DNA of 64,000 bases from Octopus vulgaris (Eukaryota): positions 16,926,001 through 16,990,000 of the forward strand of contig OX597839.1 in assembly GCA_951406725.2 (NCBI GenBank), written 5' to 3'. Positions 13,232 to 26,273 of this stretch are shown in pieces. The position numbers and the translations under genes are program-made. The notes beneath the pieces were generated by a model, which worked only from the letters and a program-made list of their open reading frames with translations, was not told the origin of the DNA and did no database searches. Position 1 is the first letter of the stretch. Each line of letters starts with the position of its first letter.

Positions 13232-13530
13232 CAGAATGAGATAACAAATCCAAGGCTGTGAGGAGTTTTCAGGATGTTTATAAGGAAATAGTCTTACAGC
13301 AGTTTCTGGGATATTATGGATATTCCTTCATCAGAGACGGTGTGTGAAAATATTTGAGTGCAAATAATTGTGGGAAAGGAGGAGATAGGGAATACAGAGG
13401 GAAATAAGAGAATGAAAGTAAAATTAAGACATATAAGGATACTGTAGTTGCAGTTCCATTATTCGAGGAAAATGGTGTATGAAAGTGGTAAAAAAGAAGA
13501 AAGTTTCCTTTACATGATATGTAAGTTCCA
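13228..13530 (-). mobile_element. Probable Penelope-like element pLTR fragment between (TA)n tracts
   Basis: Carries a minimal hammerhead; homologous to 28790-29015. Confidence 0.65.
13291..13338 (-). ncRNA. Minimal type-I hammerhead ribozyme motif (slightly decayed)
   Basis: GTCT-CTGATGA-A-GGAATAT-ccata-ATATCCC-A-GAAA-CTGCTG-TA-AGAC. Confidence 0.75.
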
Positions 13531-13668
13531 ATATATATATATATATATATATAATATTATATTATATTATATATATATATATATATATATATTATATTAT
13601 ATTATATATATATATATATATTATATTATATTATATATATATATGTATTATATTATATTATATTATAT

Positions 13669-13719
<51 letters not shown>

Positions 13720-13794
13720 TGTATATATACATATGTATTATATTATATATATATATATATATATTGTATATATATTATATATATATATATATAT

Positions 13795-13825
<31 letters not shown>

Positions 13826-13827
13826 CA

Positions 13828-13891
<64 letters not shown>

Positions 13892-13900
13892 ATTTTATAT

Positions 13901-13945
<45 letters not shown>

Positions 13946-14240
13946 TATATATATGATAAGTATTCCATAATGAAATAATATAATTTCATATCATACTGAC
14001 ATACATCTGACTATTTATAATTGTTGCCTGGAAACAGAAGGAAAAAATCAAAAAAAGAAAAGGAAATAAAAAAAGCAACTTGCTAGTATTTAAGATGCAT
14101 TCTTGCATATGACAAAGCCTTACCTTTTTGTAGCAAGAAAAGTACATTTTGTAGAAAAAATAAATTTGTTTCACCATATACTTGGTATCCCAACTATAAA
14201 ATGATCACATGAAGTGCATGGCAACTTTTTGTTCCATTTC

Positions 14241-15208
14241 ACCCTTTAGCATTTAAACTGGCTGCATGTCTATCCAAAATATTCTATTTGTTTAATGCTC
14301 AAACTGGCCAAATCTGGTCTCTTGCATGTACCCTAGAATATCATTCTAAAAATAAATAATCATATTGAAATTTCAAAGCTGATGAGATAATGTATAATAA
14401 ATTCAAAACGATGAGGAATAAATAAGCATTACATTTGACAGAGTAATCTGAATGCTAAAAGGATAAACTAGTATTATCCAGCCTAAATATTCTACCTGTT
14501 TTATATTCAAACAGACCAGATCTAGTATGTCATGTCTACCATACAATATTGTAAAAATAAACAGTGACATCATTGAAATCTCAAAGCTACAAAACAATGC
14601 ATGATTAATTAAAAACAGAGTGAATAAATAAGCATTACATTTGAGAGAGTAATCTGAATTCTAAAGCCCAAATATTATCCCGCCCAAATATTCTGTTTTA
14701 TGTTCAAACAGGCCACACTTATTTCTTTATTGCCCACAAGGGGCTAAACATAGAGGGGACAAACAAGGACAGACAAAGGGATTAAGTCAAATACATCGAC
14801 CCCAGTGCGTAACTGGTACTTAATTTATCGACCCCGAAAGGATAAAAAGCAAAGTCAACCTCAGCGGAATTTGAACTCAGAATGTAAAGACAGACAAAAT
14901 ACCTATTTCTTTACTACCCACAAGGGGCTAAACACAGAGAGGACAAACAAGGACAGACAAAGGGATTAAGTCAATTACATCGACACCAGTGTGTAACTGG
15001 TACTTAATTTATCGACACCGAAAGGATGAAAGGCAAAGTCGATCTCGGCGGAATTTGAATTCAGAATGTAAAGACAGACGAAATACCGCTAGGCATATCA
15101 CCCAATCATTGAAATCTCAAAGCTAGGAGATAATGCATGATTAATTCAGAACAATGTGAAGAAATAAGCATTACATTTAACAGAATAATCTGAATGTTAA
15201 AGGGTTAA
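14241..15208 (+). mobile_element. Tandem array of about 3 piggyBac-like MITE units, the last interrupted by a SINE B dimer (14718-15100)
   Basis: Ends accctttagcattt ... aatgttaaagggTTAA; repeated gaataaataagcattacatttga..gagtaatctgaat; further copies near 1082-1220 and 59790-60030. Confidence 0.75.
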
Positions 15209-15564
15209 GAATATAAAAAAGCTCATCTTTCACTGGCTATACAGGAAATTAGTTCTTTTATCTTATTAAACAATATGTAATAATTCTTTCTATTATGGGC
15301 ACAAGACCTGAAATATTTTTATGGGAATGGGGCTAGTCAACAGCACTGACCCTCAGTGTTTAACTAGTAGTTTTTGTATCAAACCCATAAGGATGATAGG
15401 CAACGCCCACTTCAGTGGGATTTGAACTCTGAATGCAAAGAGTCAGCAGAAATGCTGCTAGGAATTTTGTGCTGCATGCTAACAATACTGCTACCTTGAC
15501 ACCACCATAATAATGATAATAATAATAATAATAATAATACAGATAATAGTGCTGTTTATCTTGA

Positions 15565-16225
15565 TCACCATGTTGTGCACACATGGTTGTGATGCATGTG
15601 CCTGTCTTCGGCACTTGGCATTTTTATGGAGAACCCATTTCTTGTCACCAGTCACTATTCGGTCCAGAAAAGGTTCATTCATGAGATGTGACAGCAAAGA
15701 AGAACTCACCTTCACTTGCTATGAGCAACTAGACTCAGAAAGTTTGTGAGGGTGTTGATGAATGGTTGAATGACCAAATCCAAGTTTCTCTGCTAGTCCC
15801 TCAACAATTTTGATGGGATTTTGTTCTACCAGGATTTGCAGGACATCCTCATTGAGATCTGCAAATCTTCCAGGATGAGGCTTGTTTTGGAGGTTGTAGT
15901 TTCTGGTTCGGAATTTCTGGAACCACCATTGACACTGGCTTACGCTTATTGTCTGATCCTCATATACTGAATTTAATATTCCTCACACTTTCTGTTACAT
16001 TATTGCCTTTATTGAACTCATAAAGCAAAATATGCCAAATATGCCCCTTTGTCACTTCCATTATAGCCTTGAAAAATAACTGTTCAAAACTTGCACTAAG
16101 AATAAGTACAAGGTAAAATTACTACCTGCTTTTATAGTAAGTTGATGCAGGTAGTTTATCCCATCTCCCTCTGACTTTTAGTTCATGCAATTGAAAAAAA
16201 TCGCATTATTTATAGGATGACCTTG
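15565..16225 (-). mobile_element. Mariner transposon 5' half (pseudogenised transposase)
   Basis: EPFLDRIVTGDKKWVLHKN (first catalytic D motif); TIR-like gcattatttataggatgacc; same family as 47434-47957 and 59022-59761. Confidence 0.9.
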
Positions 16226-16267
16226 TACATACAAATATATTACATATATATACATACATATATATAC

Positions 16268-16503
16268 AGGGTTGGCCAAAAGTCACCCAAGAGTAAATCA
16301 AAAAATTCCATGAATACTTAATATTCAATTTTATTTATTCATTCCAATTATGAATATTTAATAATTGAACACTGTGCGTTAAAATTAGTTTTTTTTTCAA
16401 CATTTGTCCATTTATTAACAAAGTCTCATATAAAATAATTTTTTGTTTTAATCTCGGAATTAGATGATTTTTGATTTACTGTCAGGTGACTTTTGCCCAA
16501 CCG
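16268..16503. mobile_element. Tc1/mariner-type MITE
   Basis: cagggttggccaaaagtcacc / ggtgacttttgcccaaccg with TA on both sides. Confidence 0.8.
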
Positions 16504-16767
16504 TATATACATAAATATATATATACACACACACATGTTTGTATTTATGTATATACATAAATATATATATACACACACACATGTTTGTATTTATGTATAT
16601 ATCTACACACACACACACACATGCGTGTGTGTGTGTGTGTATAATTCTTTTTAATATTTGATAAGATGGACACATCAAAACCAGTTATATTTTAAATTAC
16701 TGAAACAAAACTATTAAACATGCACTAAAATATAATTTTGTGTCTCTTCCAACTTTATTTACTTTTT

Positions 16768-16845
<78 letters not shown>

Positions 16846-17024
16846 TCTATATATATACATATATATAGCATCATGCACACACACACACTTGTTCACTTTC
16901 TCTTGTTGAGATCACTATGAATTATTTCCCCCTTCATTCAACCTCTCTTAATTATTATCACCCTTTCATTCAACCTCTTTTTTTTCCAATCATTCACCAC
17001 GTTGGACCACTGAACTCAACACGT

Positions 17025-17200
17025 TTTTATTTTTCATTCTCTCTCTATTCATTTCCTCTTATTCCTTTCTGTCAAAGAGCATAGGCTTGAAACATAAAAG
17101 ACTTTTCCATTTTCCCTGACTGTCAAACTAATACACTTGCTTGTTGTTCCTACACCTGTCTTTGTTTTTGTTTTTCTATTAAATTTGAACCATATATAAA
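17025..17200 (+). mobile_element. Short repeat family P1 (probable PLE pLTR end) with hammerhead-like motif at 17065-17100
   Basis: Five related copies in the window, most ending at or near TA-rich tracts. Confidence 0.7.
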
Positions 17201-17272
17201 TATTTCTATATATATATAAGAAAATAAAAATGGAAAATACGCACACTTACATGGTTATTGTATAATTTTTAA

Positions 17273-17309
17273 TGTATCGACCAGTTTCGCAATCGCTATT
17301 CATGATACA
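17273..17309 (-). ncRNA. Minimal hammerhead motif with A3-U8 core variant
   Basis: TGTATC-ATGAATA-GC-gatt-GC-GAAA-CTGG-TC-GATACA; perfect 6-bp stem I. Confidence 0.6.
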
Positions 17310-17394
17310 ATGTTTAATTTATATGAAAATATATTTTTCTTAAGAAGAAAATGGGTACATATTTTTTCTAATGAAATTCACGAGTGAATTATAT

Positions 17395-17595
17395 ATATAT
17401 AGGGAAAGTTTACGAAATAAACAAAAGACAAAGACAGGTGGTGTACAAAACAAACAGATGTATTAGTATTGCATTCAGGAATAGAAAAAATCTTTTATGT
17501 TTCGAGCTTACGCTCTTCTACAGAAAGGGACACAGAAAAAACAAGGAGAGAAACAAGGAGAGAAAAAAAATGTGTGTAGTGGCTAACGATCTATC

Positions 17596-17598
<3 letters not shown>
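17395..17598 (-). mobile_element. Family P1 copy with hammerhead-like motif at 17492-17527
   Basis: CTTT-CTGTAGA-A-GAGC-gtaa-GCTC-GAAA-CA-TA-AAAG; (TA)n on both sides. Confidence 0.75.
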
Positions 17599-17636
<38 letters not shown>

Positions 17637-18834
17637 TCAGTCCAACCCATGCCAGCAGAGACACGGACATTAAATGATAATGATGAAGAGCCTGAGGATA
17701 ATGATTGCTCTGACTCAATGAAAGCCTTGTGAAAAGATGCAGTCGATGGAAACCAAAAGAGTATATGTGTAGGAAATAAGAAACACCTGACTTCAGAAAC
17801 AGATAAGGGTTAGCAGCAGAAGAGGCACCTGGCCATTAAACAACACCTCAGTGTCATATTCATGTAAACCAGCAAATAAGGGAACCTTCAAGGAGATACT
17901 TGACCTTATAGAAATAGCAGTGAAATACTTCCTTGAAATCCAGCATGAACTTTTTTAAAAAAAGATAATTGAGGAACACTTTGGATTATGTAGTCTTAGA
18001 TATACGAGTGACGGGATGTTCTCAGCTGAGGCTAATGTAAGGTTAAGTAACAACAAATTACGTGTCATGAAAACACTCGTAAATTACAGTGTCCTCCTTC
18101 CACCTGCAGCTATTGTGATGTTCTTGTAAATTAACCCCTAACACTCTTGCATAGACACAGGCAGACAGACAAAGAGACAGAAACACCCCCTCCACACACA
18201 CACACGCGCATGCACAGGCAGAGAGGCAGACACCTCCTCCACACACACAGATTGAGAGACAGACACACACACATACAGATTGAGAAATACACACTGATAC
18301 ACACACACACATACACACAGATATAGATACACACTGATATACACATGCATATACATTCAGACAACACACAAACCAATAAATACACAAACTGTCAGACACA
18401 TACACACCCACATATATAGATCCACACACACGCACACACACACACAGAAACACACACATGCACGTACATGCTCACCCCACACAGGACCTATTTTGAAGCA
18501 CGATAGACTGAACTATTTGAGGTTTTTAGATGATTATGAACGCAATTTTTAGCTGTCAATTTCGATATTAAATCATTGATACACAATCCAGCTATCATCC
18601 TGGGTCACCTTTGGCCTTTCTTAGAGTATAAACTCCCTGTAAGGGAAGGAGAGGGCCACAAAAGTTCACAAGCAGAGCCATAATATTCGAAAATTCATTC
18701 AAGTCAACAAAAATAATTGAATTAAACTAGTTTTTAGTTTTTGGGCCAGTCAAAGAGAATCTCGTGTTTTTTTTTGAATTAGTCTCAAATTATTGCAGCT
18801 AATGATGCACATCAAAATATTTGTGGCTTGTGGC

Positions 18835-19105
18835 TTCCTTCCTTTCTTTTTTGTCTCTTTCCTTCTTTCTTTTCCTGCTTTTATCTTTCTTCTTTTCTTT
18901 TTTGCTTTTTCTTTCTTTCTTCCTTTCTTTCTTTGTCTCTTTCTTTCTTTTTTTCCTTTCTGTGTCTCTTTCTTTCTTCCTTTCTTTCTCTTTTTCTTTC
19001 TTTCTTTCTTTCTCTCTCTCTTTCTTTCTCTTTTCTTTCTTTCTCTTTTTTCTCTTTTCTTTCTTTTCTTCCTTTCTGTGTTTTCTTTCTTTCTTTCTTT
19101 CTTTT
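18835..19105. repeat. Degenerate (CTTT)n polypyrimidine tract
   Basis: Direct reading. Confidence 0.95.
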
Positions 19106-19129
19106 GTTCACTTTTATACTTTTACACTT

Positions 19130-19975
19130 TTACTTGTTTCAGTCATTTTGACTGTAGCCATGCTGGAGCACCACCTTTTAGTCTAAGAAATCGAACCCTG
19201 GACTTATTCTTTGTAAGCCTGGTACTTATTCTATCAGTCTCCTTTGCCAAACTGCTAAGTTACGGGGACATAAACACATCAAGATCTGTTGTCAAGTGAT
19301 GGTGGAGGGGCAAACACAAGCACACACAGCACACACACACACACATATACATATATCATCATCATCGTTTAACATCCGCTTTCCATGCTAGCATGGGTTG
19401 GACAATTTTGACTGAGGGCTGGCGAACCAGATGGCTGCACCAGGCTCCAATCTTGATCTGGCAGAGTTTCTACAGCTGGATGCCCTTCCTAACACCAACC
19501 ACTCCGAGAGTGTAGTGGATGCTTTTTACGTGCCACCAGCATGGGGGCCAGTCAGGCAGTACTGGCAATCACCTTGCTCAAATCTTTTTACACATGCCAC
19601 CGGCACAGGTACCAGTAAGGCGATGCTGGTAACAATCACGCTTGAATGGTGCCCTTTTATGTGCCATATATATATATATATGTATATATCTGACAGGCTT
19701 CTTTCAGTTTCTGTCTACCAAATCCACTTATATATATACACATATGTGTGTGTGTGTGCATATATTTGTGTTTCTGTGTTTGTCCCCACAATATCACTTG
19801 ACAACTGATGCTGGTGTGTTTACATCCCCATAACTTAGCAGTTCAGCAAAAGAGACTGGTAGGATAAGTACTAGGCTTACAAAGAATAAGTCCTGGGGTT
19901 GATTTGCTCAACTAAATGCAGTGCTCCAGCATTGCCACAGTCAAATGATTGAAACAAGTAAAAGTGTAAAAGAAT
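19130..19975. mobile_element. SINE cluster: family A (-) interrupted by family C (-, 19355-19666), followed by a family A tail (+)
   Basis: Homology to 52483-52900 and 45181-45615. Confidence 0.85.
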
Positions 19976-19984
19976 ATATATATA

Positions 19985-20380
19985 CTAGCAGTATCGCCCG
20001 GCGTTGCTCGGGTTTGTAAGGGAAATAACTATATAAGCATTTTTAGAGAGTTATAGCCAAAAAATAGGAAAAAAATGCATTAAAAATGGAAAAAAAATTA
20101 AGGTAAATTTCTTTTTAAATCGTTGACACATCGTAGATATTTTTAGAGAGTTACTTCCCTTATATAATAGCGAAAAAATGCATTAAAATGGAAAAATATG
20201 ATGGTAAATTTTTTTAAATCGTAGACTCATCGTAGATGCGCGCTAATACCCAGAAGGGCTCGATATAACTCACGACTATAAGATACCCGGTTTTGGTTAA
20301 ACTGCACCGCAAAATGTGGGAGTAGTTAGGAATCTAAATCGTAGGAGACAGACACACAACTTCACTCTTATATATAAAGA
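19985..20380 (-). mobile_element. Non-autonomous Helitron
   Basis: a|ctagcagtatcg cccggcgttgctcggg hairpin at one end and tatataaaga|t at the other; internal direct duplication. Confidence 0.85.
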
Positions 20381-20492
20381 TATAAGTCACGTAGTTATAT
20401 ACACATACTTTGTTATATACACATTCTTAAAAGAAAATGTTATTTTGAATACAACATTTATAAAGAATAAAATATTTTTTGGTTTTTCTTAA

Positions 20493-21145
20493 CCCTTTCG
20501 TTACTATATTTCTGACCAAATTACACCCCTTATGTGTTTCAATTAATTTCTAACGTAATCATAAATTTAGTCTGGTTTCATTAAACAACAATAACTTTTT
20601 TATTTATCAATATATTAATCTGATTTTTGGAAGATAATTTAATGAAATGTCCTCAACCAATTCTATACTATAATTTTTGTCACAAAGTGACTCTAATTGC
20701 AGGTAGATACAGGTAAATTCAACAATATATAAAATTATTAAAATTTTGTTCAAACATCGCTATAGAAAATGGGTTATTAGCTAATATTCAATTGGGTATA
20801 CAACAAAATTTTACGATAGAATTTGTTATTCTGGGTAACTTTCTGATACCCATAATAATATTTATGGCAAAATAGGCCTTAATTTCATTTAAGGTTGTGG
20901 GAAATAACAAACTATCCTTTCTTTCGTTTTGTTTACGTTTAGCGTAACATTTCGTTTCCGCCGTAATGATTTCAAATGGGCTCATTCGAAAAAGTAAATA
21001 GAAATAGTCTAAGGCTTTACTCTTCTGGGAAAGTCTGTGGCTTGGTGCAGTTTCTTCAGAAAAATCACCGAAAGAAACATTTTTTAAATTTTCACTCCAT
21101 TCAGGTACCAATTCATTTTCTTAATCGCTGTCGGATTCACTGTTT
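20493..21145 (-). mobile_element. piggyBac-derived element with transposase N-terminal fragment
   Basis: TTAA-ccctttcg terminus; ORF 20788-21111 ALDYFYLLF..FEIITAETKCYAK...TTLNEIKAYFAINIIMGIRKLP matches the piggyBac/PGBD pattern. Confidence 0.85.
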
Positions 21146-21249
21146 TCACTTTAATAGCTGCAAACTTGCAAAGACAAAGGAGGAGAAGGGTGATAGCGTC
21201 AGTGAAACAGTTCGCTCCGTTTGTGTGTGTGTGCGTTTGCGTGTGCTGT

Positions 21250-21468
21250 ATCCCACACTAAGAAAAACATTTGACATATACACCACAATGTGAGTTTTCT
21301 CTAAATTTTGCTTAATTGGGGTTGAAATTTTAAAAAGTGGACCTGGCACGACCCGATGCATTCTACTCTTAAAAATGCTAGGTAAATTGTAATTGAAGAA
21401 ATCCTATATTGTAGATTTCTATAAGATACAAAGGGGGGCAGATAAAATCTGCCTTTTATAATAAGAGA
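21250..21468 (-). mobile_element. Probable Helitron 5' end fragment (second family)
   Basis: Minus strand begins TCTCTTATTATAAAA next to (TA)n. Confidence 0.45.
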
Positions 21469-22130
21469 TATATATATATCAGAACCAAGTTAAAAATAAT
21501 GGTCATTTCATATAATTCCTTTATTGGAACAAATTTGGCTTACAGCTGTTTCCAGTAGTCATTATAGGTGCATTTCTTATTGGTGATCAGTTGAGTAAAC
21601 CTATCAGCTCTAAGTCAGATTTCCTCTAATAAAGGAATTTTATGTAATGACATTGGCGTAGCTTTAAAAACCTATTGTCTGCACACAGTTCGTAAACTAA
21701 TATTTGGGTTATTTCTGGTTAATCTTGCTTTTAAATGATGTTTGTCAAATACATGTGTGTGTGTGTTTGTCTGTGTGTGTGTGCTTTGTATGCATGCCTG
21801 TGAGTGTATGTGAGAGAGAAAGGGAAACACATGTATATATATATATATACACATATGTGTATATATTTATATATATATATCACGTGACCGACCAGACCAT
21901 CAGATGTTGCTACACATTGTTGGTCACAATGCGTTCGCATTGTTTTAGCCTTCGAATGACGCCATTCCACTGGCTAAGTGAGCAGGTCAATATATATATA
22001 TATATATAAATATATATATATATAAAATTATAATTTAGGGTATCTAAGAGACACCACCATTATGGTAATAAGAATTATTACCTTTGAAGGTTTTTATTCC
22101 CATGCTGGCTACCTGATAAGATCGATATTT

Positions 22131-22178
22131 AAATAACAATCTTATCCTTATTTATATAAATTGATATATATTTATATA

Positions 22179-22240
<62 letters not shown>

Positions 22241-22282
22241 AATATATATCAATTTATATAAATAAGGATAAGATTGTTATTT
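22131..22282. repeat. 43-bp inverted repeat bracketing a (TA)n tract
   Basis: aaataacaatcttatccttatttatataaattgatatatattt and its exact reverse complement at 22240-22282. Confidence 0.9.
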
Positions 22283-22360
22283 ATATATATATACGCACAC
22301 ACACATATATATACATGTATATATGCATACATGCACACACACACACATACATACATATAT

Positions 22361-23617
22361 ATTAGGCTGTCTCATATGAAAGATCACATTTGAAAAAGGA
22401 AACATTAAAATTGTTTTTTAAGTTTTAGAATCTTTATTTAATCAAAATATAATCTTTGTTCATCCAATGATCTTCTTAGGTATATATATTCTATCTTCAA
22501 AGAATTTGCCATTTTTTACACTGATAAACTGTTTGAATGCTTCAATTACCTCTTCTTTATTTAAGAATGTTTTATTGTGTATAGCAAGCTCAAAGTGTTT
22601 ATATATGTGATAATCAGTAGGAGAGATATCAGGAAAATAAGGTGGATGTGCCAAAATTTTATAATTCAGGCTTTGTAACTTGTGGACCATAGCTTGAGAA
22701 TTGGGAGGCCGTGCATTATCATAAAGCAAAATTGGGCCATCTCTATTCACTAATCTGGGTTGATTTTTTTTCAATTTTTCATGCATAGAATAAATTTTCT
22801 GACAATAGGATGCTATTGTTACAGTTTTTCCTTATTGCAAAAATGAATAATGAATACCCACCCCCCTTGTTGACCACTATTCAATGACCATCACTTTTTT
22901 GGTTGCAATGATAGTTTTGGGTAATATTTTGGTGACTCTCCTGCATCTAACCACTGTTCTGTCCTCCTGCTGTTATTAAAGAGTATCCATTTCTCATCAC
23001 ACATAATGAGTAAATACAAAAATGGTTCTCTTTCCAACTGAGAAATCAACATGAAACACACTGTAAGGCGTCTGTTTGTTTGAATCTCAAGTTGATGGCG
23101 AATGAACCTATCCGTCTTTTTTACTTTTCCAATTTTCTACAAGCGTCAAGAAGCAGTTGCGGAAGATGTCTGGAGCTCTAATCTGAATTTTTGGACTGTT
23201 GTTTTCGGATTTCATTTAACCAAATCATTCAATTCATTATGCCGAATAACTGATTTTTAAGGCTTTCATTTCCTGGACAAAATCTTTGGAACCATCTCTG
23301 AACAGTTCTAATGTCAACAGAATCATTACCATTTAATGTTTCGTAGAGCTTTGGTGGCAGAGTGACACAACTTGTATAATATGTATTATTACATTGGCTC
23401 GTCTACTACAATTTGGCAATCTAAATTTCACAAATATTCTCATTCATTTATGTATAGAAGAAAAAGTAATTCTACAAATCATAGTAAATGCATTTGAAAT
23501 TTAAAAGATAGGAACAATATGTAAGACTTAAAGTAGTCCATTTAAAGTTATGCACTGTCATACAATATTGATAATTCTACTTGTGATTTTTGCCTTGAAG
23601 AAATGTATTATATGAGA
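22361..23617 (-). mobile_element. Near full-length decayed mariner (DD34D) transposon
   Basis: CDEKWI, LLYDNARP and HPPYFPDISPTDYHIY motifs; frameshifts and stops; about 1.26 kb. Confidence 0.95.
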
Positions 23618-23851
23618 ATTAACCTTATTATATAATATGTGAAAAATTAAGAATTGAAATATTAGAATGTCTTTCGAAATTTACGGTGACATTTCATTGT
23701 AAAGCTCCCATTAAAATTCATTAAAATTCATTTAGAAAAATTAATTTTAATGAATTTTAATGGGAGCTTTACCATGAAATGTTACCATAAATTTCGAAAG
23801 ACATTCTAATATTTCAATTCTTAATTTTTCACATATTATAGGTTAATTCTC
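23614..23851. repeat. Fold-back inverted repeat, about 110-bp arms and 14-nt loop
   Basis: tataatatgtgaaaaattaagaattgaaatattagaatgtctttcgaaat...aaagctcccattaaaattc and its reverse complement. Confidence 0.95.
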
Positions 23852-24777
23852 CTAAATGGCTTACTATATTTGATAAATAGATAACTAATTGTTATGACAT
23901 AAAATCTCTATGTTTATAATTATCATAACATAGAAATCTTGTTTATTTTTTTATTCTTTAGTTATCCAATGACATCACCTATAGTTGAATCTAAGAACAA
24001 CCTTTTTAGATTATATTTCTCTATGGTTCTAATAGTCATAATGTAGAATTCTTATGTTTGTATATTATTCTGTTGATGTCTCCAATCGTTGAATACAAAA
24101 GTAGCCTTTCTTAAATATGTTTATTTTTTACTTTTACTTTTTATCATTATCCACTGATGTTACTATTACTTGAATACAGAAATGTCTTAGATGGAATTCC
24201 TTCTAAGTGTTCTTTTTGTAGGCATTCATATTCTGGAAATATACGTTCACTTCGAATTTCACCAATTTTGGATTGCCTTGATAGTGTTGTGTTAACATAT
24301 ATTTTCAGGAATATCAATATTAATGATACTTTGTGTGTGTGTGTGTGTGTGTGTTAATACAAGAGAAACAATTGTCAGCTTTGTAAGGTGAATTCTACAC
24401 AAAAAATGTAATCTTCTCTCTACGTATTTTTTGTTATATATATAAAAGATTTAAATTTCTTTCTTTTTTTTTTGTGATTGAAACTTTTTCATTGGCTGAA
24501 AACTGACCTTGCATTGCAGAGTGTTCTGTGTTAGATCAACAGGGATTTCTTGATATAAATTTCACATTGACAACGGATGGAAAGTTGCTGGCAAAAAAAA
24601 AAAAATGTATATTTGCATATGTGTGTGAATGTCTGTGTGTATATCTATGTGTGTAACAGTGTATGTAAATGTGTATAAATGCACAAACATACTTCTCTAT
24701 TCACATGTAAGCATACCCACCATATATATATACAAATGTATGTATATTTATATATATATTTATATAAATATATATAC

Positions 24778-24825
<48 letters not shown>

Positions 24826-25012
24826 ATATATATATATATAGATAGATAGATACACACACACACACATATATATGAATGTATATATATGTGTGTGTGTGTA
24901 CACACTCACATACACATGTGTATATATAGCCATAAACACACATAATTACCACATATTACATAGTGAAGCAATATTATACATATGTACAAACATACATGTA
25001 TATATACATACA

Positions 25013-25052
<40 letters not shown>

Positions 25053-25549
25053 TACACACATATACAGCCACATACACATACACTCACACACACATGTATG
25101 CACAAGGGCAGGGATGTCATCCTAACAGAAGGAATACAAGAGAGGCTTTCAAAATCTGATTTTAGATTCGCAAGTCTCACTGCTCTTTCAAATTGGAAAA
25201 ATTTAACATCCACAGTGACCGGCAAGGCTTTTGTATTGAAAATATTGTTACAACCATGTCTTGTGTGAGATACTATAGGGACTTCCATACTTTGCAAAAT
25301 TCTATATATAGCTGTTTTTATCTCAGTTTCTTTGCAAATAGCCAGACAAATCTAAACTATATTTTCAGTTTTTTCTTTTAAATGTAATTAAATAGATAAA
25401 TAAATCAGAGCAAGGAAGAACGTTGGAAAGAAACAAATAAACAGAAATGCTTGGAAATTCCTTATTTGTCTTTGATACAGTTGACATATTGTTTGTTTGA
25501 AATTTGTTCTTTGTTTTGTACCTAGAAAATAAAAATCTGTGTGTGTGTG

Positions 25550-25612
<63 letters not shown>

Positions 25613-25707
25613 TTGTACATATATATATATACATATATACATAAGTGCATAGAGACATACATACATTCATTCTTTCATGGATACATACAAACATAAATAC
25701 ATGTGTG

Positions 25708-25757
<50 letters not shown>

Positions 25758-26222
25758 TATGCACACACACTCACATATATTCATACATACACATATACAA
25801 GCATTGATGCACACACACACACACATACACACACATTTATATATTCAAAGAAACATATATATACAAGCATTCATGCACATACACACACACACATATTTAT
25901 AAACATGCCATCAGGAATACATGTAGGTCGAGACGAGTATTTAAAAAGTGTTTTTCCAAATGTTTTCTCCAGTATCTCTGCCAGCTTAAAGAAACAACAT
26001 CAGTAATTGGTTCTTTTCTCTTCTTTTACAAACAAGACCAACACCTTTTGCTCACCAACTTAACATCATTCATATCAGATTTGAAAAATATTCTCACTCA
26101 TGTGGAATTTTATTTATACAATCATGACTGACATTGTTAACAATAATACCACCCATATTGACACACTTGTGTGCTATACATCTATATATATACATCTATA
26201 TGTATACATCTCTCTCTCTCTC

Positions 26223-26273
<51 letters not shown>

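Noticed and set aside
22460-22786. SETMAR-like host gene
   Set aside because: Only a frameshifted mariner transposase inside a transposon; no SET domain exons.
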